Translations under genes and position numbers: made by a program | From: Spirochaetales bacterium | GTDB lineage: Bacteria; Spirochaetota; Spirochaetia; Treponematales; UBA12059 | Assembly: GCA_016928955.1 (NCBI GenBank) | Contig: JAFGJV010000027.1 | Coordinates: 62,001 to 109,971 of the forward strand | DNA length: 47,971 nucleotides | Direction of reading: 5' to 3' | Notes under the pieces: generated by a model | What the model was told of the DNA's origin: nothing | Seen by the model: the letters and a program-made list of their open reading frames with translations, nothing else | The model's database searches: none | Part shown: positions 27,654 to 36,232 of the stretch, piece after piece | Position numbering within the stretch: position 1 is the stretch's first letter | How the letters are laid out: every line of letters starts with the position of its first letter

Positions 27654-28895
27654 ATGAGACGAGTCAGCTCTGACATGATGAACAACGACATGCAGTTCTG
27701 GTTGAGGCGCAGGGAGGATGCCATGGCGTCCATATCCAACCGCATGAACCGCCAGGAGCGCCTTGAGAACCTGCGCGACGATCCCCTGGCCGCCGCCCGC
27801 TCCGTGCGCTACGAGTCCTTTGTGGGCCGCCTGGAGCGCTACGAGGAAAACACGCGCTACACCCTGGACCGCGCCCGCGTGGCAGAAGGCTACATGCGCC
27901 AGACCCAGGACCTGATGCAGCGCCTGCGCGAGCTGGCCGTGACCGGGGCCACCGGCACCTTTACCAAGGAAGACAGCGCGGCCATGGCCGTTGAGGTGGA
28001 CCAGCTCCTGTCAGAAATCATCACCCTGGCCAACGCCCGCGGGCCCGACGGCGACTTTCTCTTTGCCGGCGACAAGTCGCGCACCGAGCCCTGGAGGGCC
28101 GTGAGCGGCTACGTTGAAGGCTCCGGCGGCGCCACCACCGTGGGCGTTGAGTATCTGGGAGGCCTGGGCACGCCCATGGCCGAGATCACCGAGGAATCGT
28201 ACCTGCCCATGAACCTGCCGGGCGACGAGGTGTTCTGGGCCGAGCGCCAGCGCGTGGCCGGCGGATCGGACGCTTCCGAATTCCGCGTCACCGCCGACAC
28301 GTCGATCTTCATAGACGGCCACCAGATCGAGCTCAGGCCCGGCGACACCGTCCACGCCATCATAGCGCGCATCAACGACTCGGGAGCCGCCGTCAAGGCG
28401 TCGCTCGACCCAGCGCGCAACTCCCTGGTGCTGGAAGCCACGCAGGCCCACCGCCTGCGCGTTGAGGACGGATCCGGCGGCGACACCCTGGTGCGCCTGG
28501 GCATCCTTTCGGGCTCGGGCGTGCCCTCTGATTACGCCCCGGCCGCCCGCGTGTCCGGCGGCTCGCTCTTTGACACCGCCATGGCCCTGCGCGACGCCCT
28601 GTACAAGGGCGACCACCTGGAAGTCGGCGGCCGCGTTCTGGCGTCGCTTGACGCGGCGATGGACAACATGGGCAGGCGCCTGGCCCAGGCCGGCGCCATG
28701 ATGGAGCGCCTGGAAGCGGCGGCCCTGCGCCTCAACCGCGAGATACCCGACGTTACCAGCCTCCTGGCGGCCGAGAAGGACCTGGACTTTACCCAGGCGG
28801 CCACCGAATATAAGATGATGGAGTTCGCCCACCAGGCGGCCCTATCCATGGCGGGCAGGACCCTGCCCCAGACCCTCCTCGACTTCCTGAGGTGA
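27654..28895 (+). CDS. flgL: Flagellar hook-associated protein 3
   Basis: MRRVSS start, DDPLAAA, RLRELAV, FLFAG and C-terminal TLLDFLR; follows flgK. Confidence 0.95.
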   Translation: MRRVSSDMMNNDMQFWLRRREDAMASISNRMNRQERLENLRDDPLAAARSVRYESFVGRLERYEENTRYTLDRARVAEGYMRQTQDLMQRLRELAVTGATGTFTKEDSAAMAVEVDQLLSEIITLANARGPDGDFLFAGDKSRTEPWRAVSGYVEGSGGATTVGVEYLGGLGTPMAEITEESYLPMNLPGDEVFWAERQRVAGGSDASEFRVTADTSIFIDGHQIELRPGDTVHAIIARINDSGAAVKASLDPARNSLVLEATQAHRLRVEDGSGGDTLVRLGILSGSGVPSDYAPAARVSGGSLFDTAMALRDALYKGDHLEVGGRVLASLDAAMDNMGRRLAQAGAMMERLEAAALRLNREIPDVTSLLAAEKDLDFTQAATEYKMMEFAHQAALSMAGRTLPQTLLDFLR

Positions 28896-28908
28896 ACGGA
28901 CAGACGGC

Positions 28909-29352
28909 ATGACGACTATACGCAGCAAGGCATTCGGCGACGTGGAAGTGGACGAGCGCCAGATCATCGACTTCCCGGACGGCCTCATAGGCTTCCAGAA
29001 ATTCACCCGCTGGGCCATCCTGGACGCCCAGCAGAAACCCTACTTCTACCTGCAGTCGCTCGACCTGCCGGAGTTGGCCTTCATCATGGTGGATCCCTTC
29101 CTGTTCAGGCCGGACTACTCCGTGGACGTGAGCGACGAGCTGTCCGCGGCCCTGGGCCTGACCTCGCCGAACGACGCCCTGATCATGGCCCTGGTCACCG
29201 TGCCCGCAGGCGGGTCGCCGATCACGGCCAACCTCATGGGTCCCGTGGTTATATGCAAGGCCAAACGCCTGGGCGCCCAAGTGCCCCAGGCCGACGCCCG
29301 CTGGAAAACCAAGCACGACATCATGGCCGAGCTGGCCGCGTCCAAGGCCTAG
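28909..29352 (+). CDS. fliW: Flagellar assembly factor FliW
   Basis: IIDFPDGLIGF, LQS, DPFLFRPDY and TANLMGPVVI; lies between flgL and csrA. Confidence 0.93.
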   Translation: MTTIRSKAFGDVEVDERQIIDFPDGLIGFQKFTRWAILDAQQKPYFYLQSLDLPELAFIMVDPFLFRPDYSVDVSDELSAALGLTSPNDALIMALVTVPAGGSPITANLMGPVVICKAKRLGAQVPQADARWKTKHDIMAELAASKA

Positions 29353-29355
29353 CGT

Positions 29356-29565
29356 ATGCTAATATTAACCAGGCGCCTGAACGAGAAAGTGGTCATAGGC
29401 GACGGCATCGTGGTGTCCGTGGTGGAAATCCGCGGCGACCAGATCAAGCTGGGCATAGAAGCGCCCCGCAGCGTCAAGGTGTTCCGCCAGGAAGTGTTCG
29501 AGGCCATCCAGGAAGAGAACCGCCAGGCCGCAGAGTCCGGCATGACCCTGCCGCCCCTGGACTGA
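29356..29565 (+). CDS. csrA: Carbon storage regulator CsrA
   Basis: MLILTRR…IGD…[18 protein letters not shown], with the C-terminal IQEEN helix of FliW-partnered CsrA proteins. Confidence 0.96.
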   Translation: MLILTRRLNEKVVIGDGIVVSVVEIRGDQIKLGIEAPRSVKVFRQEVFEAIQEENRQAAESGMTLPPLD

Positions 29566-29569
29566 GCTT

Positions 29570-29620
29570 GTGCGGGGAGGCAACCCTTTCTTTTAGGCCG
29601 AAAGGTTTTCCTCCCCGCAC
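29570..29620. repeat. Long palindromic REP/MITE-like hairpin
   Basis: GTGCGGGGAGG-CAACCCTTTC…GAAAGGTTTT-CCTCCCCGCAC inverted repeat with no U-tract. Confidence 0.55.
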
Positions 29621-29653
29621 CCCTCCTTGCCAAAGGCTGACTAAAGGCTCCGC

Positions 29654-29693
29654 AAAAAAACCGCCGCGGACCTGAGGCCAGCGGCGGCTCTTT
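29654..29693. terminator. Intrinsic, probably bidirectional, terminator between csrA and the cadherin-like gene
   Basis: A7-CCGCCGC…GCGGCGG-CTCTTT. Confidence 0.65.
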
Positions 29694-29715
29694 AACGTAC
29701 TGTTACGACCCCTAT

Positions 29716-31332
29716 TTATTCAGCCTCAAGCATGACCGTGGTGGTTGCAACCGTAACGTCGGCGTCAACCACCGATACCCCAACTGGCCCGCTAAACAGG
29801 TCATTTTCATAGATTGGGGTACTGGATGGGTCTGCGTCAGTGGTAACCCGGGCGCTGATGATATAGTCTCCGGGCGGTATTCCTTCAACGGTCGTTGTGT
29901 AGGGGAAGGAAGCCGAGTCAACCACGCTGCCGGTGACGATGCCTCCGACACCTGAGTAATCTGTTTTAATAAGCGTAACCGACAAGTATCCTTCGCAGGC
30001 CGCCATGCCGTCATAGTCTACAGTCACAGTGACGCTGTAACCGGTGATGCCCGCGGTGTAGGTGATGGTGACTGTATCCATGGCGACCATATCGGGTCCA
30101 TCGGACGCTATCGCCATGAGGGTTTTCGTTCCGTTCGTCACGCCGCTAGCGTCCACGTTGGCCGTGAACCCGCCAGCCCCGTCGAGCACGGCGGTGCCGA
30201 CAGGGGTCATTCCATCAAAGGTAATGATCAGCGAATCTATTTCACCGTTGGGGTCCGAGTAGGTGCCAAGAGCCTGGAAGGTCGTTGTGTCGATCGTTGC
30301 CCCTTCAGCGGGCGATGTTATCGCGACGCTCGGCGGAGAGGCACGGGTGATGGTGACGGAATAGGTTTCCAAAGTGATGCCGTCAGGCGCTGTCACCACA
30401 ATGTCCATCACATTGGGTCCCACCACAAGGTCAAAGGGCGTAGGATCGGACACCGAGGCGGCAAGGTCGGTCGGCTCGTAGTTTATATACGATATCTCGT
30501 CGACCGTGCTTCCGACGTTGGCCTCGTACTCAAAAGTGCCCGACGAGAATACAGGATCAAACACTACCTGGATGCCCTCCCAATCGTACAACTCCAGAGA
30601 GTTGAGGGTGGCCACTGTTGAAGCCCCAGCCTCCGCAACGGTCACGTCGATATAGTATATTTTTTGCGTGGCACTGAACTCTGAGGTGACCCTGACGGCT
30701 ATAGCGGTGGTCGTGCCATCTGGTCCGATATTGATGGTAACCGTACCGGTGTACGTATCGTAGGCCGTGCCGCCGTCATCAGAATATTCAACGGTCGAAC
30801 CTGCATACTCGGGAGTGGCTGAGAGACTGACCGTTGTGGTACCGCTCGGGACATTAAGCTCGTACATTGTTTCTGAAGGATCAAATCCGAACCCGTATCC
30901 ACTCAATTCGAGCGATGCCAGATCTGCGCTTTCGGCGTTGAGGCGGGTGGCAGAAATCTCATACGACTTCTTAGTCACACCATCGGCGGCAGTCACCGTG
31001 ATCGTCTTGGTGTTCGGACCTACCGCAAGGTTCCAAGTTCCCGCTCCGGACACCGTCGCGCCAGAGTCCAGCGCAGTCGCAGCCACCGTGAAATTCTGGT
31101 ACTCAAACGGCACGTCGTCGCCAATCGAATATGCGACCGTATCCGAATCGAAGCCAGGATCTAGTGCCACAGGCACGGTAAAGTAGGTGACCTGAAGCGA
31201 TTCAAGCCTCGCCTCGCTTGACAGCGGAACCTGGTCTCCGGAGCCTGCTCCGAGGATGTCGCAGGACGCGACAAGCAGGAGTGCGATAATGGCTAAGGTG
31301 CCCGACGCTATCCGCGTTTTTCGATTACTCAT
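29716..31332 (-). CDS. Lipoprotein with three cadherin-like beta-sandwich repeats and further Ig-like domains
   Basis: Lipobox LLLVASC; three units beginning A.L.SL…F(D/S)…T..Y; PPSVAITSPAEGATI Ig-like start; very acidic and Thr-rich; SD AGGAG; visibly more A/T-ending codons than neighbours. Confidence 0.85.
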   Translation of the reverse strand: MSNRKTRIASGTLAIIALLLVASCDILGAGSGDQVPLSSEARLESLQVTYFTVPVALDPGFDSDTVAYSIGDDVPFEYQNFTVAATALDSGATVSGAGTWNLAVGPNTKTITVTAADGVTKKSYEISATRLNAESADLASLELSGYGFGFDPSETMYELNVPSGTTTVSLSATPEYAGSTVEYSDDGGTAYDTYTGTVTINIGPDGTTTAIAVRVTSEFSATQKIYYIDVTVAEAGASTVATLNSLELYDWEGIQVVFDPVFSSGTFEYEANVGSTVDEISYINYEPTDLAASVSDPTPFDLVVGPNVMDIVVTAPDGITLETYSVTITRASPPSVAITSPAEGATIDTTTFQALGTYSDPNGEIDSLIITFDGMTPVGTAVLDGAGGFTANVDASGVTNGTKTLMAIASDGPDMVAMDTVTITYTAGITGYSVTVTVDYDGMAACEGYLSVTLIKTDYSGVGGIVTGSVVDSASFPYTTTVEGIPPGDYIISARVTTDADPSSTPIYENDLFSGPVGVSVVDADVTVATTTVMLEAE

Positions 31333-31370
31333 GATTTGCTCCTATTATTCAGTCCAAATAGAGTCGGCCC

Positions 31371-31399
31371 ACACTACCCTTGAAACTATATGCAGTCAA
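31371..31399 (-). promoter_or_regulatory. Sigma-70-type promoter of the cadherin-like gene
   Basis: TTGACT-17-TAGTGT. Confidence 0.55.
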
Positions 31400-31771
31400 G
31401 AAAAATAACATGGCATAAATCTGATTCTAAGGATGTTGTAAAAGATCTGTTTTCCAAAATTACATCTGAGTCCATAGCCAAAAAGATTACTGCGTTCTTT
31501 TGGGTTGATGAAAATATACGCATCACCTGCATGCAGGCTCGTAACACAGCCGCGATTACTAAACGGTCTAATCCGATACCTTGGAATGCTCTGATAGACC
31601 ATGAAATGCGAAATGAGCCGCCAGTCGGGCATCGCGGACTCGCCCTCCGTTTCTCGACTTCCTGTCTTTAAAACTCCGGGCCGCCTCACTCGCTTACGCG
31701 TGCATCCCTGCACGCTTTTCGCACCTTTGCGGTGCGCGCTCGTTCGGTACGAGTCCGCGGCGCCCCTAATA

Positions 31772-31810
31772 GAAAAAGGCGAGACGGCCTTTGGCCATCT
31801 CGCCTTTTTC
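31772..31810. terminator. Bidirectional terminator-like hairpin inside the repeat module
   Basis: GAAAAAGGCGAGA…TCTCGCCTTTTTC. Confidence 0.75.
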
Positions 31811-31846
31811 GGGCATCGCGGATGACGCGGAGCGGCAACCGCCTTG

Positions 31847-31886
31847 AAAAAAAACACGGCTCATTTCGCGTCTGCGAAATGAGCCG
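31847..31886 (-). terminator. tRNA-Pro terminator
   Basis: CGGCTCATTTCGC-AGAC-GCGAAATGAGCCG followed by TG and T8 on the minus strand. Confidence 0.8.
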
Positions 31887-31890
31887 CCAG

Positions 31891-31964
31891 TCGGGCATCG
31901 CGGACTCGAACCGCGGACCCCAAGTCCCCCAGACTTGTACGCTAACCACCTGCGCTAATGCCCG
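31891..31964 (-). tRNA. tRNA-Pro(GGG)
   Basis: Cloverleaf with acceptor CGGGCAT/ATGCCCG, anticodon arm CAAGT-CTGGGGG-ACTTG and T arm CGCGG-TTCGAGT-CCGCG; CCA not encoded; upstream TTGACA-18-TACTAT (32018-31989). Confidence 0.97.
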
Positions 31965-32040
31965 ATGCGCCTGTTCGACGCGGGTCGCATAGTAGCATAC
32001 AGGCCGGAAACGTGTCAATGAAAGCGGCCTAGGGTCGGCT

Positions 32041-32835
32041 TCAGCTTTCAAAACAGCTGTCAGGATCCAGGTCGTCTCGTATGCCCGGCCGGGTCATGCA
32101 GAAATCGTAGCGCAGGGGATCGTCCGGGGAGTAGGCCCGCAGCGACGCGGTGGCCTCCCTGGCCGCCGCAAGGTCAACGCTGGACCGGCGGAGAAAGCCA
32201 AGCCGCCTGCACGCCGCGGCCATGTGGGTGTCCAGAGGCACGAGCAGGCGCCCAGGATCGGCGCGGGTCCACACGCCGGGGTCAACGGCGTCCTTCCTGA
32301 CCATCCACCTGAGGAAGAGGAAGGTCCGTTTGGACGCCGAGCCCCGGCCCGGGTCCGGGAGAAGGTTGCTGGGCCAGGCCCTCGGGGAGCGCTCCGCTAG
32401 TTCCCGCACCAAGCCTGAGGCCGCCGCGGCGTAATCGGGTTGGGCGGGGTCGTCATGGGCCAGAAAGGCGTCCTCAATGGAAGGGTGGTCAGTCAGGATG
32501 CCGCGTATGCCACCCAGGAACGCGGCCAGGTGCCCGCCGTCAAAGAAGCGGTACGTAAAGCCGGCAAGGTGCCTGCGCAGGGTCGCGTCGCCCATACCCG
32601 CAAGGGTCTTCGCCGGACGGGTGCCCAGGGGCTCAAGCGCCTGCCGCGCCGCCTTCATGATCAGGCGCGCGTTGCCCAGGGCCAGGGCCGCCGACAAAAG
32701 GCCCGCCACTTCCATGTCCGCCGCGCTTTCGTAGCCCAGCACGACCAGGAGGGGGTCGGGGTCCAGCCAGGAGCGATCGTTGTAGGTGGCGTAAAGTCTG
32801 GACAGGGTGCCGGCCGGGTCGGGACAGGATGGCAT
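32041..32835 (-). CDS. TIGR02757/DUF2400 family protein (HhH-like)
   Basis: DPL, SASKRTFLFLRWMVRKD, VDPGVW, PLDTH and DPLRYDF; ATG overlaps the upstream TGA. Confidence 0.88.
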   Translation of the reverse strand: MPSCPDPAGTLSRLYATYNDRSWLDPDPLLVVLGYESAADMEVAGLLSAALALGNARLIMKAARQALEPLGTRPAKTLAGMGDATLRRHLAGFTYRFFDGGHLAAFLGGIRGILTDHPSIEDAFLAHDDPAQPDYAAAASGLVRELAERSPRAWPSNLLPDPGRGSASKRTFLFLRWMVRKDAVDPGVWTRADPGRLLVPLDTHMAAACRRLGFLRRSSVDLAAAREATASLRAYSPDDPLRYDFCMTRPGIRDDLDPDSCFES

Positions 32836-34520
32836 CAGGGAAGGGCGACCCCGAGCTGGGTAAGGACGTTCTGCCGCTCCACCACGTCCGCGCGGGCCGG
32901 CGCCAGGGCCATGGCCTGCTTGAGGTAGAAGCGGGCGCGCTGGTAGTCGCCCTTGGATGTATAAATCTCCGTCATGGCCACCAGGGCGTCCACGTTGAGG
33001 CCGTTCTCTATCAGGGCCGAGCGCAGCATGGCCAGGGCGGCGTCCGCGTTTGCCTGCAGTTTGGCCTGCAGATAGTAGAGCGTCGACCGGAACGACGACG
33101 ACCCCTTGCCGGCGAGCAAGCCGTTTATGAAGGCGGCCGCCTCGGTCTTGGAGCCTTCCTCTATCAGGATGCCCGCCCACGCCAGGGCGGCCGCCTCTGA
33201 CGTCGGCTCGCGCTGCCTCCAGGCTTGGGCAACGGTTTTGGCGTCGTCGCTCCTCCCGGCCAGGCGGTAGGCCCGGTAGAGGGCGTCCAGGTTGGCGTAG
33301 GTTTTGTCCAGCGACCAGATTCTGTCTGCCCGTTCGGCCGCGGAGGCGGCGTTGCCCGCCCTGAGGTCGGCGTCCAGGAGCACGGCCAGGGCCTTCAGGT
33401 TGTCCGTATCACGCTCTAGCACCGAGCCGGCCAGCTGTATGGCCTCCGAGCGCTCGGCGTCGTCGCCGGCAGCAAGGAGTTCCGCCGCGTATATGCCAAG
33501 CTCGGGGTCGCCCGGATAGCGCTCAAGGCCCTTGCGCAGGGCTGTCAGCGCGCCAGCCCTGTCCTTGGCGTTTTCAAAAGCCACGCGGGCTCGGAGGAGG
33601 AGGTACAGGCGGTTGTTCGGGTCCACGCCAGCGTACGCGTCTAGGAGGGGCGAGGCCAGCTTGTAGTCGCCTTGTTCCACCAGGATATGGGCGCGCATGA
33701 GCAGGAACGACGAGTCCATGGGGTCGTCAAGAAGCACCGCCGTTATCAGGGTCAGGGCATCTTCCCACTTGCCCAGGCCGTACTGCGTATGCGCCCAGGC
33801 CTTGCGGTAGGTCAGGCTGGCCTTGACCGCCGGCTGGACGCCCTCCAGCAGGCCTTGGCCCTCTGCCGCCTGGCCGCTTGATGCCAACAGCCTGGACGCG
33901 TTCAGGGCCGCGGGGTAGCAGTCCGGGCCATAGGCCAGGGAACGCCGGTACGACTCCAGGGCGCCCTGGGTATCGCCGGTGCGTTCCAGGGACAGGCCGC
34001 GCATGTACTCAGCCAGGGCGGACTCCACGCCCAACCGCGAGAAGCGCTCGAACGCGGCCAGGGCCTGCGTTGCCACGGTGGATGTTTTGACCCGGAACAC
34101 GGACAGCATGGGCATGAAATCGGTCAGTATGCCTCCGGCCACGGACTCGGACTGCCGGCCGTTGCGGGCGTCCACAAAGGCCTTGACCGCGGGCGCGTCC
34201 GGCGGAGCGTCCGACCCGCCGGTGAGGGGCGGCATGAGTTCGGGATAGGCCAGGCGGGCCAGCTCGTAGGCCAGCCATGCGTACACGTGGGCGTCGGCCT
34301 TGGACAGGTCCTCGCCTGCCTCGGCCAGGTCCATTGCGGCCTCCAGCGACGCCGGCGTGCCGTTGACCAGGTGCAGTTCTATGGCCGCCCGCTCGGACCC
34401 CGCCTGGGCCGCGGCCCTGTCCCCGCCCAGGGCGCTCCCGGGCCGCGCCGCCGGATCGCTTACGCAGGCGCCCAAGAAGAGGCTCAGCGCCAGGCCGGCC
34501 AGGATAGAGCGCCCGCTCAT
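32835..34520 (-). CDS. TPR-repeat lipoprotein
   Basis: Lipobox LFLGAC; many TPR-like helical repeats; SD GGAGG; ATGA overlap with the upstream gene. Confidence 0.8.
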   Translation of the reverse strand: MSGRSILAGLALSLFLGACVSDPAARPGSALGGDRAAAQAGSERAAIELHLVNGTPASLEAAMDLAEAGEDLSKADAHVYAWLAYELARLAYPELMPPLTGGSDAPPDAPAVKAFVDARNGRQSESVAGGILTDFMPMLSVFRVKTSTVATQALAAFERFSRLGVESALAEYMRGLSLERTGDTQGALESYRRSLAYGPDCYPAALNASRLLASSGQAAEGQGLLEGVQPAVKASLTYRKAWAHTQYGLGKWEDALTLITAVLLDDPMDSSFLLMRAHILVEQGDYKLASPLLDAYAGVDPNNRLYLLLRARVAFENAKDRAGALTALRKGLERYPGDPELGIYAAELLAAGDDAERSEAIQLAGSVLERDTDNLKALAVLLDADLRAGNAASAAERADRIWSLDKTYANLDALYRAYRLAGRSDDAKTVAQAWRQREPTSEAAALAWAGILIEEGSKTEAAAFINGLLAGKGSSSFRSTLYYLQAKLQANADAALAMLRSALIENGLNVDALVAMTEIYTSKGDYQRARFYLKQAMALAPARADVVERQNVLTQLGVALP

Positions 34521-35071
34521 GGGTGGCCTCCGCCGGTTTTCCTGGCCGGAGCCCTTCCGCCGAGCGCCCACAGGGCCAGCAAGGTCAGGCCCGCGGCAAT
34601 CAGCAGGGCCGGCCACCAGAGGGCCAGGAAGGCCTTAAAGCCCAAACGGCTGATCCTGAAGGAGAATATAGAAAAGAACGAACCCAGGAAGACGAACGCC
34701 AGGGCAGGGACCAGGTAGCCGGCCAGCAGTTTCCGGTAGCGCACCAGGCCGGCGGCGAACACGCCAACGCCGGCGCTGATGACCAAAAGTGGCCAGAACG
34801 ACGACAGGGCCAGGCCGGACGCGTGGCAGACGGCGTACACGGCCGACGACAGGGCCACAAATACGCCGATAAAGGCCGCCGATACGCTCCGGCGCAAGGA
34901 CAGGCCCAGGTACGCGTACACCACCGCCGCCCCGAACAGGGCCAAGGGCCATGCCGACAGGATATCAGGAAGGAGGCCCGTGGTGATGAGAAGCGCGGCG
35001 GCCCCGGTCACGACCAGCGCGACCGCGAGTATGAAGAGTGGTGTGTGTCTGTCACGAGCCTGGTCGCGCAT
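34517..35071 (-). CDS. Multi-pass membrane protein with LiaF/LiaI-like WPxxxI transmembrane repeats
   Basis: Three repeats SAWPLAL, SFWPLLVISAG and LWWPALLIAAG; SD GGGGAG. Confidence 0.7.
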   Translation of the reverse strand: MRDQARDRHTPLFILAVALVVTGAAALLITTGLLPDILSAWPLALFGAAVVYAYLGLSLRRSVSAAFIGVFVALSSAVYAVCHASGLALSSFWPLLVISAGVGVFAAGLVRYRKLLAGYLVPALAFVFLGSFFSIFSFRISRLGFKAFLALWWPALLIAAGLTLLALWALGGRAPARKTGGGHP

Positions 35072-35131
35072 GCATACTCCCCAAAAACCGTTCCCGGGAA
35101 CCTTGTCCGCACCGGAAAAAGCCCCACTCTT

Positions 35132-35183
35132 ATTCTATCGAGGCCGGCCGTCCTTGCCAACGGTTTTTGGCGCGTGGTATAGT
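35132..35183. promoter_or_regulatory. Back-to-back sigma-70-type promoters with overlapping -35 elements
   Basis: Minus strand TTGGCA(35160-55)-17-TAGAAT; plus strand TTGCCA(35154-59)-18-TATAGT with an extended TG. Confidence 0.55.
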
Positions 35184-35191
35184 AAAAAGCG

Positions 35192-36232
35192 ATGCGTATC
35201 ACGCCCGTCGCCGCCGTCCTGGCCTGCGCGCTCGCCGTTTCCTGCTCGTCGCCCCGCGACTATTACCTGGAAGCGCCGGAACCCGAACACTCACGGCTTG
35301 CCGACCTGTTCAGCCTTTTGGATACGGAAGGCCTAGGGGTCGAGGAACGTTACGCCGTCATCCAGAAAATCGGCGCGTCCATGCTCGAGCGTGAGGAATA
35401 TGGCCGCCTGGCCAGCTTCCTGTCCGAGGAAATAGGGCGCGACCCGGACAACCCGTACAACGCCATGCACATGCTCACGCTGGCCTGGGCGTATTCCCTG
35501 CAGGGGGCCGAGGACGTGGCCGCCCTGTACTATGACCGCATCCTGAAGAACTATCCCGACCTGTCCGTGGGCGGGGAGTCCGTGCACTTTGCCTGCCTGC
35601 GCCGCCTGATAGAACTGGTGCCCGAGCCCGAGCGTCGCATAGAATTCAGGCGCGAGCTTCTGGCCAGGTTTCCCGATAGTATAGACATGGGTACCGAGCT
35701 GTTTCTCATGGGCTCCGAGTACGAGGAGCTTGGCGACTGGGATTCCGCCCTGGACGCCTACCAGCGCTTCCTCCCCTATTACGAGTCGGAAATACCCGGC
35801 CACCCCAACGCCGTGCGCTACGCCCGAACCTTTGTGGACCTGGCCACCATACCCAAGACCTGGACCTTTGAGACCCTGGACCAGCTGGTAGCCACCATCA
35901 AGCAGGCCCTGGCCGCGGGCAACACCCGAGCCCTGCCCCGCCTGCGCGCCGGGGTTGGCTTCTTTGCCATGGACTGGTACCAGGACATAGACGCGGGCAA
36001 CAGCCTGGTCCTGTTCGATTTCGGCGCCTTCATGGCGGGCGGCCGCATTTACTACTCCGACGACCTGGACCCGGCGTCCAACGCCACGGAAGCCTTCCTC
36101 AAGACCTGGGGCTGGACCGAGCGTATATCCACCTGGTACCTGTACTTCCGCAAGGTGGACTTTCCCGCGGACCCTGAGGTGCACGGCCGCTGGGAATGGG
36201 CTGGCATCTATTTTGGGGAAAAGATGCAATGA
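35192..36232 (+). CDS. TPR-containing lipoprotein
   Basis: Lipobox LAVSC; TPR-like helices; Trp-rich C-terminal domain (GRWEWAGIYFGE). Confidence 0.75.
   Translation: MRITPVAAVLACALAVSCSSPRDYYLEAPEPEHSRLADLFSLLDTEGLGVEERYAVIQKIGASMLEREEYGRLASFLSEEIGRDPDNPYNAMHMLTLAWAYSLQGAEDVAALYYDRILKNYPDLSVGGESVHFACLRRLIELVPEPERRIEFRRELLARFPDSIDMGTELFLMGSEYEELGDWDSALDAYQRFLPYYESEIPGHPNAVRYARTFVDLATIPKTWTFETLDQLVATIKQALAAGNTRALPRLRAGVGFFAMDWYQDIDAGNSLVLFDFGAFMAGGRIYYSDDLDPASNATEAFLKTWGWTERISTWYLYFRKVDFPADPEVHGRWEWAGIYFGEKMQ

Larger units (their letters stand above)
31607..31908 (-). repeat. tRNA-Pro 3'-end repeat module (36-bp direct repeat plus further partial copies)
   Basis: TGCGAAATGAGCCGCCAGTCGGGCATCGCGGACTCG identical at 31607-31642 and 31873-31908; 14-nt copy at 31809-31822; inverted 18/21 copy at 31745-31765. 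Confidence 0.9.

Noticed and set aside
31607..31908. 36-bp direct repeat as a CRISPR array
   Set aside because: There are only two copies 230 bp apart, the sequence derives from the tRNA 3' end, and no cas genes are present.
31390..32051. ORFs 31390-31671 (+), 31396-31857 (-), 31686-32051 (-) and 31732-31992 (+)
   Set aside because: They overlap the tRNA, terminators and repeat module, and have no SD or recognisable domain. A decayed gene fragment in 31400-31600 cannot be excluded.
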